IMG/VR virus record: IMGVR_UViG_3300025632_000046 | Span: 1-32,247 of that record | Direction: 5' to 3' (one strand) | DNA length: 32,247 nucleotides | DNA from: a virus | Taxonomy: Duplodnaviria; Caudoviricetes | Shown here: positions 26,427-32,247 of the stretch, in pieces | Layout of the letters: every line of letters starts with the position of its first letter | How positions within the stretch are numbered: the first letter of the stretch is position 1 | The notes under the pieces: generated by a model | Seen by the model: the letters and a program-made list of their open reading frames with translations, nothing else | What the model was told of the DNA's origin: nothing | The model's database searches: none | Made by a program: the position numbers and the translations under genes

Positions 26427-26857
26427 TAAAAATCCCCCTTCGCCACTTGGAAGCACGGCACGCATACGCTTCTCCAGTATTCCACCATCGAGTCTCGGTC
26501 CTCAAAAACCAAGTCAGGTCGGATGCCGATAAGTTGCAGCATCTCAGGCTTGACGATTGTATCGTGACGACGATCCCCATCAGGGCGCATCAGTAGATGT
26601 TTATACCCGATCACTCCATTCTTTCGCAGCCACTCTTCTGTTTGTGGCCTTACGGATTCCCTGCGACCAGTAAGCAAGACCATCTCTGGCCCCATCCCTG
26701 TAGCGTGCAGAGCTTGGTAAGTTTGGATCGCTGGATGATTCGGGAGGTCTTCTCCGCACCGCTCATAGAACTCATCCCAATTTCCGTCTGCTAAGCATTT
26801 CACGCGGTCGCCTACCAATGAGAGTGTTCCGTCTATATCGAATATTACTGTCTTCAT
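26426..26857 (-). CDS. Cassette 5: HAD phosphatase, T4 polynucleotide kinase 3'-phosphatase-like
   Basis: FDIDGTL, LLTGR, LLMRPDGDRR.D...K, VFEDR...W...CFQVAKGDF. Confidence 0.9.
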   Translation of the reverse strand: MKTVIFDIDGTLSLVGDRVKCLADGNWDEFYERCGEDLPNHPAIQTYQALHATGMGPEMVLLTGRRESVRPQTEEWLRKNGVIGYKHLLMRPDGDRRHDTIVKPEMLQLIGIRPDLVFEDRDSMVEYWRSVCVPCFQVAKGDF

Positions 26858-26894
26858 AGTTTGTTGTATTTTAGTGTTATTGTAGCGTTAAAAA

Positions 26895-26956
26895 GTAGAA
26901 CCAAACGGAGCTAGGAGCTGCGTCGTTCCTCCTTGTCCTAGTCCTTCTTGTTCGCA
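26895..26956 (+). repeat. attC-like site 6
   Basis: GTAGAAC-CAAAC-GGA(G)CTAGGA...TCCTAGTCC-TTCTT-GTTCGCA. Confidence 0.9.
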
Positions 26957-27273
26957 GAGAGAAGCGCCCAACTTGTATGACATTCGGGGCAGACAAAAAC
27001 TCTACCATTCTCTAGCGCGTCATCTTCACTCTGGCCGGGGTCTTCGATTAGATCGTCTTCCGGTCCACTCCATGTGCAGTGGTTGTGGCATTCAATCTCG
27101 ATTTCCGAACATAGCACTGCACCTAATGCCGAGCCGGCTTCCGTCTCTCCATTATCGAGATTCATTCTCAAAAAAAACTCATCAAGCCGTTTTAGCGCTT
27201 GGAGCGTCACAATAATCGTTATCTCGTTGGGAAGTTCGTATTCTGTCAATCGCTTTTCGTTATTTTTTATCAT
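26938..27273 (-). CDS. Cassette 6 gene b: Zn-ribbon-like protein
   Basis: CHNHC...CPEC; C-terminus SANKKD* inside site 6. Confidence 0.72.
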   Translation of the reverse strand: MIKNNEKRLTEYELPNEITIIVTLQALKRLDEFFLRMNLDNGETEAGSALGAVLCSEIEIECHNHCTWSGPEDDLIEDPGQSEDDALENGRVFVCPECHTSWALLSANKKD

Positions 27274-27282
27274 ATTTTTACC

Positions 27283-27507
27283 TTATGTTTCTGTATTCAT
27301 AGCTTTCTGGCGCTCATTCGCAGACAGCAAGCCGTAGCCCATCGCGAAAAATGCAACTAGCATTGCATCTACACCAGCGGCGCGACTGTTAGCTGTGAGA
27401 ATAAACGTCATCATGCCCACCCAGCACCACGTCGGCCCAAACCATCGAACCAAACGATTGAGACAACGCCATATAGCGCCGCCGTGTTTGTCTGTAGATT
27501 TATCCAT
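27283..27507 (-). CDS. Cassette 6 gene a: small membrane protein
   Basis: Start (MDKSTDK) in the loop of site 7; two hydrophobic stretches. Confidence 0.62.
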   Translation of the reverse strand: MDKSTDKHGGAIWRCLNRLVRWFGPTWCWVGMMTFILTANSRAAGVDAMLVAFFAMGYGLLSANERQKAMNTET

Positions 27508-27532
27508 GGCGTATCTCATCTAGGCGTTCTGC
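27444..27532 (+). repeat. attC-like site 7
   Basis: ATCGAAC-CAAAC-GAT(T)GAGACAACGCCAT...ATGGCGTATCTCATC-TAGGC-GTTCTGC. Confidence 0.88.
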
Positions 27533-27786
27533 TCATGTCGGAAGCTCCACGCGAAGAACGCCGCCTTCGATCCGCCGCGGCCTTTTGCGTTCATCTCGCC
27601 GCCTCGCAGTCGCTCAATCATCCATTCGAGTTCCGTGATTGCGTCGTCAGTGGTTTCCGCTGTGATCGCAACCGTAATGTGCACTGGCCGATGCAACCGA
27701 AACGGTGCGGATTCCCACTCACCAACGACATCGGGCAAAGCCGAACAAACAGGATGCAGACAACGCTCTATGGGCTTTTTTGTCAT
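27520..27786 (-). CDS. Cassette 7 hypothetical protein
   Basis: Starts in the site 8 loop and ends EQNA* in site 7. Confidence 0.72.
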   Translation of the reverse strand: MTKKPIERCLHPVCSALPDVVGEWESAPFRLHRPVHITVAITAETTDDAITELEWMIERLRGGEMNAKGRGGSKAAFFAWSFRHEQNA

Positions 27787-27828
27787 ATTGATGTCTTGGG
27801 TTCGCGTGTCTGATCCTGAGCGTTCTGC
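27740..27828 (+). repeat. attC-like site 8
   Basis: GCCGAAC-AAACA-GGAT(G)CAGAC(A)ACGC...GCGTGTCTGATCC-TGAGC-GTTCTGC. Confidence 0.9.
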
Positions 27829-28115
27829 TTAGAATTTTGCTCGCGTATCTTTGCAGCACGTTCGAGGGCGCGTTCTGCCGCTGACTCATACTGCTCGGCG
27901 GTCGGCCATCCCGCAACCAGGCCGATTCCAACGTCATCATGCGCCTCGATTTCGTCCATGATTTTTCCGTCAGAGCGGACAAGCCTTAAATGCAGGCGAG
28001 GCCGTTGTCCACGCATCGCCTGCATGTAGCCGTCGCAGTATCCCCGCGATCGCCCCTTGATGAACGGGTTCCATTTGTCCAAACACGGACATTCGATGTG
28101 ATATGTGTAAGCCAT
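27783..28115 (-). CDS. Cassette 8 gene b hypothetical protein
   Basis: Start at 28115 (MAYTY) or 28133; ends in site 8 with an ATGA overlap to the next gene. Confidence 0.72.
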   Translation of the reverse strand: MAYTYHIECPCLDKWNPFIKGRSRGYCDGYMQAMRGQRPRLHLRLVRSDGKIMDEIEAHDDVGIGLVAGWPTAEQYESAAERALERAAKIREQNSKQNAQDQTREPKTSI

Positions 28116-28119
28116 AGTT

Positions 28120-28356
28120 TTAATTAGGGTCATCGTAGCATCTCAAGCAATCTCCGCACAAAGCGTGAGTGTATCCATGAGCGTTATCTTTAAGAATCCA
28201 CCTGTCGCGCTCTACGAATTGGCCGCAATCTCCGCATCGCATGTAGAACAAGTCGGAGTGAGACAATGCCTGTTTGGGCGTTGTCGTGCATTCGCCTCGA
28301 TGGGAGACTTGGCACTTAAGGCAGACTGGAGCGGCATTGTATATTTGATCACTCAT
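28120..28356 (-). CDS. Cassette 8 gene a: Cys-rich Zn-finger-like protein
   Basis: CLKC, CGDC, CGDC; starts inside site 9. Confidence 0.7.
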   Translation of the reverse strand: MSDQIYNAAPVCLKCQVSHRGECTTTPKQALSHSDLFYMRCGDCGQFVERDRWILKDNAHGYTHALCGDCLRCYDDPN

Positions 28357-28387
28357 GATTCAGGCATGTTCATCCTTTGCGTTATGA
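28243..28387 (+). repeat. attC-like site 9
   Basis: GTAGAAC-AAGTC-GGA(G)TGAGACAATGCCTG...CAGGCATGTTCATCC-TTTGC-GTTATGA. Confidence 0.86.
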
Positions 28388-28644
28388 AGATAAAGCGCAT
28401 CAGATCCGTATCGCGTGATGCTGTAATATTTATCAGGACACCATGACACCGTTCCGCGATATTCCATCAGCCCCATATCGACGAGCTTGTCCATCGCTTC
28501 CGAGCCTCCACAATATAGACCTCTAGTTGCGCGGTGTTGGGTATGGTCGAGGATGTCTAGCATCTCCTTCGTCAGTTCATAACCAGACGGCGTAGTCAAT
28601 GCCTGAGCCGTCGCTGTGTTTGTTGTATCAGTTGGTTTTCCCAT
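28360..28644 (-). CDS. Cassette 9: winged-helix-like hypothetical protein
   Basis: MDKLVDMGLMEY...YYSITRYG; starts in site 10 and ends HNAKDEHA* in site 9. Confidence 0.72.
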   Translation of the reverse strand: MGKPTDTTNTATAQALTTPSGYELTKEMLDILDHTQHRATRGLYCGGSEAMDKLVDMGLMEYRGTVSWCPDKYYSITRYGSDALYLHNAKDEHA

Positions 28645-28710
28645 AGTCTTAATCCTTATCTATTGTCGTTGGTTTTGTGGCTCAGTCATCGACTAGCCTA
28701 TTTGTTGTCG
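28577..28710 (+). repeat. attC-like site 10
   Basis: TCATAAC-CAGAC-GGC(G)TAGTCAATGCCTGAGCC...GGCTCAGTCATCGACTAGCC-TATTT-GTTGTCG. Confidence 0.9.
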
Positions 28711-28734
28711 TTTTCATAATATTTTTATTAGTCG

Positions 28735-28977
28735 TTATTTTGAAAAATCAACATGCAGAGTGGCCACTGGTACCGCGCCAGCATCTCCTGAAGTTTTTTT
28801 TAAATAGTTGGTCGTCGAAAAATTCGGATGCGCCCGCAGCCACTCCCGCGCCTCGGCCACTGTCGCAGTACCGCCTGGCATCGCAAAACCCGATTTTTTC
28901 ATCGCGTAAATATAACACCGCGAGCGGCGCAGCGCATCAGCCAATTCGTCGGCAAATAATAAATTGTTGTCACTCAT
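28735..28977 (-). CDS. Small HTH-like DNA-binding protein
   Basis: DELADALRRSRCYIYAMKKSG...VAEAREWL; ATGA overlap with terL. Confidence 0.65.
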   Translation of the reverse strand: MSDNNLLFADELADALRRSRCYIYAMKKSGFAMPGGTATVAEAREWLRAHPNFSTTNYLKKTSGDAGAVPVATLHVDFSK

Positions 28978-30641
28978 AGTTCAATGATTCCGCGGTCCTC
29001 ATACACGCTGCGCTCAGCCTTGTTTTTCAGGATTGCGCCGCCCACCGCATTTGATTTTGCCGACAGGCCGTCGATTCGTTTTCGCGCCGAGCGCTTGTTT
29101 AATTTAATATTCAGCGCCGGATCTCGAATCGTCTCTGCATTTGCCGCATTCCAGCTCAGCACTGGGTTCGGCGCATTGCGCAGCGTGCCATTCAGCAGCC
29201 GCCGCTCGATCTCCTTGAGCGCCGGGCTTTGCGACTGGTACCCCTGACCAAACGGCACGCACGTCACCACCTCCTCGCGCATCAGATTCTGCACGATGCT
29301 CGACGATTTCCAGCGGTCATATAATAATTCTTGCACATCGAAACGCTCGACCAGCTCACGAATTTCTACCTCGATAAAATCAAAATCAGTCGCACTGCCA
29401 GGCGTCGACCGCAAGTGCCCGGCTTTTGCCCATTGCGCATAAGGCACCCGGTCCGCCCTCGAGCGTTCCAATATATCTTCCGCGGGACACCAGAAAATCG
29501 AGAAACTGCGCCAGATCCCATCATCCCCAGGGAACAAGATATCGAGCGCCGACATATCATTGACCTCGGCCAAATCTAGCCCCAGGTAGCACGGCTGCCC
29601 CGCGAAATCTTCCAGGCGCAGCGCGGCATCCTCGGCAGCTTTCCACCGCGCCAGATCCAACCAGCGCTCGGCGGCATGGCTCCAAATATTCAAATGCTTT
29701 ACTTGAAAATCCACCATGCGACTCGGCAGCTGAATGGCCTTGCGACATTGATCTTCCATATATTCCAACCCCTTCGATACGCCCAGGTTAGGATTCGCCA
29801 TAGCCCACTGCAGCGGATCGTCAAACGCGTCCTTATCCGTCACCGTCGCGATATAAACGAACAGCGTATCGTCATAATATTCTTCCATTGCCGGATCCAG
29901 CACGTTGATCGCGTGCTCATGTTTCTCATAGCAGAGCGACTCAGGATTGACCCCCGCCGTGGTGATCACATAGATCAACGGCTGCGCACGCGCGCCCATC
30001 GAATCCTCCACCTGCGACCACAGCAGCCGATCCTCCCAGGCATGCAGCTCGTCAACCAGACCCATGTGCGTATTCAAACCATCGATCGTTTTAGAATCAC
30101 GCCCGAGCGGCTCGAACTTTGAAGCCATCGAAGGCATCGATATATTAGACACGTAGCAGTTTATCCGCTTCGCCAGCGCAGGCGATTTGCTGATCATCAT
30201 TTTCGCATCCGTCCACAGGATTTTAGCCTGATCGCGTTTCGTCGCTACCGCGTAAATTTCAGCCCCCTGCTCTCCATCCAGCGCCAGCCCATAAATGCCA
30301 GTGCCCCCGCCAATCGTCGTTTTTCCATTTTTACGCGGTATCTCCACATAGCTCTCTCGAAAACGCCGCAGCCCGTCGAGCCGACGCTTCCAGCCAAAGA
30401 TCGAGCCCTGAATAAACATTTGCCACATTTCCAACTCGATCGCCGTGCCGGACCATTTGCCTTTCCAGTGTTTCAACAATTTGAAAAAATCCAGATGCAC
30501 CGCCACCTCTTCCAGATCAAGATAGATATCATCACGCTGCAGATCCGCAAAATGGCGCTCACACGCCCAGATCACATACGGCCCCGCCGCGATCTCACCC
30601 GCCAGCACCCGCTCAGCGTATAGAGTCACCGGATCATTCAC
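28974..30641 (-). CDS. terL: Terminase large subunit
   Basis: Walker A PRKNGKT, Walker B LVDELH, ITTAG, LGLDLA, RIDG. Confidence 0.97.
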   Translation of the reverse strand: MNDPVTLYAERVLAGEIAAGPYVIWACERHFADLQRDDIYLDLEEVAVHLDFFKLLKHWKGKWSGTAIELEMWQMFIQGSIFGWKRRLDGLRRFRESYVEIPRKNGKTTIGGGTGIYGLALDGEQGAEIYAVATKRDQAKILWTDAKMMISKSPALAKRINCYVSNISMPSMASKFEPLGRDSKTIDGLNTHMGLVDELHAWEDRLLWSQVEDSMGARAQPLIYVITTAGVNPESLCYEKHEHAINVLDPAMEEYYDDTLFVYIATVTDKDAFDDPLQWAMANPNLGVSKGLEYMEDQCRKAIQLPSRMVDFQVKHLNIWSHAAERWLDLARWKAAEDAALRLEDFAGQPCYLGLDLAEVNDMSALDILFPGDDGIWRSFSIFWCPAEDILERSRADRVPYAQWAKAGHLRSTPGSATDFDFIEVEIRELVERFDVQELLYDRWKSSSIVQNLMREEVVTCVPFGQGYQSQSPALKEIERRLLNGTLRNAPNPVLSWNAANAETIRDPALNIKLNKRSARKRIDGLSAKSNAVGGAILKNKAERSVYEDRGIIEL

Positions 30642-31129
30642 GACGCAGCCCCCCCATTCTTACGATTCACTAGTTTCATAAACGGATCCTCCTCGGCATC
30701 GTCGCCCTCGCCATTGACCCGCGCCCGAGCCGCAGGCGTCATCCCGAACTCTTTAAGCCAGGCCATCATTTCGGCCTGCGCGTCTTTTTGAATCTTCACA
30801 TAAGGCGACGGCATTGCGTAATTATTCGGCGAGCGCACCAGCATGCCCGTCTCTTTGATTTTTTTAATTGCATCTAGCCAAGTCGAGTAGGCATTGCAAT
30901 AAGCTGCCAGCGCCATCACATCGAGATCCGAGATCAGCCCCAGGCGAGCGAGCTGCATGACTACGCGCTTCCATTCGCGCTTTGCAGCCGCAGGCAAAAA
31001 GCTCGGCGGCTTTAAATCCACCAACGGCGCAGGCTTCGGCTCTGAAGTATTCCCGCCCCGCTTGCCCGGGTTGCCCTCCAGCGCACGAATCGCCGCGGTC
31101 TTCTTGCTGATAGGTCCACGATCACCCAT
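30638..31129 (-). CDS. terS: Terminase small subunit, P27 family
   Basis: LEGNPGKR, AKREWKRV, LAAYC, FGMTPAARAR. Confidence 0.95.
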   Translation of the reverse strand: MGDRGPISKKTAAIRALEGNPGKRGGNTSEPKPAPLVDLKPPSFLPAAAKREWKRVVMQLARLGLISDLDVMALAAYCNAYSTWLDAIKKIKETGMLVRSPNNYAMPSPYVKIQKDAQAEMMAWLKEFGMTPAARARVNGEGDDAEEDPFMKLVNRKNGGAAS

Positions 31130-31487
31130 TTTCTAGCCTTTCAAGTTTTGCCGGTTTCAGCAGTGGGCTCTCTGACAGTCGAGGTGCCTTTTTCAAATTT
31201 AGCAGGTCGTTTAATTCTTTGCGCACTGTCAAAGCGGTTTTGAAATCTTGGATTCGCACCGCAGCCAGAAAAAGCATGTCGAGCTGCGCGATGGCTTTGC
31301 CCCGCTCTAAGTCTTTATCGATCACACCGCGACGACGCCAGAGCTCCTCGACAGATTTATAGATCGCTAAGACATCGCGCTCGTCGATGCCTGTTTGTTT
31401 TACCAGATCTTTTGTGATTTGCTCGCAGGTTGCCCCAGCAGTAGAGAGTTTTTTAACTTCGTCTTCGATTACAATTTCTTTTTTCAT
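31122..31487 (-). CDS. Helical protein resembling a second small-terminase-type fold
   Basis: Start at ATG 31487 (ATGA overlap); HTH-like GATCEQI; AIAQLDMLFLAA...DFKTAL...LNDLLNL. Confidence 0.55.
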   Translation of the reverse strand: MKKEIVIEDEVKKLSTAGATCEQITKDLVKQTGIDERDVLAIYKSVEELWRRRGVIDKDLERGKAIAQLDMLFLAAVRIQDFKTALTVRKELNDLLNLKKAPRLSESPLLKPAKLERLENG

Positions 31488-32092
31488 TTGCTCAAGACCT
31501 CCTCGATCCATTCAGCATGAAAATCAAACAATTCCCTTGAATTGTAGATTGTGTTTTGTTCGATGCGTGGATTTGCGGTAAAATTTGCCGAGCCCTCCAT
31601 CACTATATAATTCTTTCCGCACTCAAGCAGTACGAGCTTGCTGTGGTTTTCGAGCGCTTTAAACTTTTGCCCCCTCGCCTGCAGCCCCGAAACAAGTTGC
31701 GCATAAATTGCAGACTCTCGGCTTTTAAAATATATCCCAGTGAGAAAGCCACACTGCTTAATTCGTCTATCGTCGAGCATCTCAAACAATTCTTTGCAAC
31801 ACTGCCGGTTAAGAGTCCACGTCGAGAAATAGGCGCGAGTCACCGGCGCACCTAAATGCTCAATCATAAGCGGCACAAATCCCCAATAGTCGAATGAACC
31901 ATTTGAGACTATATGCACCGACTCACCGACTGCCGGGACGCCGTCGATAATTTCCGCCGCTTTTTCTTTTCGCATGGCACTTTTTAGATCGGCCTTTGAC
32001 CGCATCCGCATCACGCGGGGATCAATCCCCTCCGAACTCTGAAAGTCATCGCCGCTAAAATCTAACGAGAACACTGCATCTAAATTATTCAT
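31484..32092 (-). CDS. Phospholipase D-fold (Nuc-like) protein
   Basis: Single NHSKLVLL...EGSANFT...E motif; start probably ATG 32092. Confidence 0.82.
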   Translation of the reverse strand: MNNLDAVFSLDFSGDDFQSSEGIDPRVMRMRSKADLKSAMRKEKAAEIIDGVPAVGESVHIVSNGSFDYWGFVPLMIEHLGAPVTRAYFSTWTLNRQCCKELFEMLDDRRIKQCGFLTGIYFKSRESAIYAQLVSGLQARGQKFKALENHSKLVLLECGKNYIVMEGSANFTANPRIEQNTIYNSRELFDFHAEWIEEVLSK

Positions 32093-32199
32093 AAGATTAA
32101 ATTCCCCCCCGCTCCCCCCGGCCCACGTTACCACCTGTCATTTCCGTCGCTTTTTGAGCGTTTTGGATAGGATCCGCCCCCCCTGGTGCAATATGCGCG

Positions 32200-32247
32200 G
32201 TTTTCGAAACCCCCTTTGCCCAAAACCTGCGCACACATTTTTTTAAC
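32200..32247 (-). other. cos-proximal genome end
   Basis: Non-coding end upstream of the packaging genes; the other window end lies in the G-rich tail of the HNH gene, the usual HNH-cos-terS arrangement. Confidence 0.65.

Larger units (their letters stand above)
25095..28710 (+). mobile_element. Integron-type cassette array without integrase (CALIN-like): 10 attC-like sites, 9 cassettes
   Basis: See the individual attC entries. In 8 of 9 cassettes R'' matches the R' of the preceding site at 5-7 of 7 nt. Confidence 0.9.

Noticed and set aside
25095-28710. CRISPR array or plain terminators
   Set aside because: The repeats share structure rather than sequence, are separated by whole genes, lack U-tracts and show attC box geometry.
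28682-28717. Tiny ORF MKTTTNRLVDD entering site 10
   Set aside because: Too short to support, and it crosses the crossover out of the shared AAC frame; a leader-peptide role cannot be excluded.

Overview
The window looks like an essentially complete (~32.2 kb) temperate HK97-type siphovirus genome, opened at its cos site and shown with most genes on the minus strand. Right to left it carries a PLD-like gene, terS, terL, portal, prohead protease, major capsid, a beta-helix fibre, neck and tail genes (with a G/GT -1 frameshift), a tyrosine integrase next to an attP made of the 3' part of a tRNA-Pro, a divergent switch built from ribbon-helix-helix proteins, a DEDDh exonuclease, a prim-pol/SF3 helicase and an HNH gene running off the left end. 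The most striking feature is a ~3.6 kb integron-type gene-cassette array (25095-28710) between terL and portal. It has ten attC-like hairpins with R''/L''/L'/R' boxes, 5-6 nt spacers and extrahelical bases, and each R'' usually pairs better with the R' of the previous site than with its own, which is the footprint of site-specific cassette insertion. There is no IntI in the window. All cassette genes are inverted relative to the attC top strand, so they follow the phage late transcript, and every attC supplies a stop codon in the same (AAC=Asn) frame. Other oddities: a Sec-type signal peptide on the virion-type fibre, a hydrophobic leader on the major capsid protein, no recognisable endolysin but a lipase/lipoprotein/membrane-protein cluster, and a GGA anticodon in the tRNA-Pro-type attP. 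A Verrucomicrobiota/PVC host is suggested, by inference only. All family calls come from motif recognition by eye; no searches were run.
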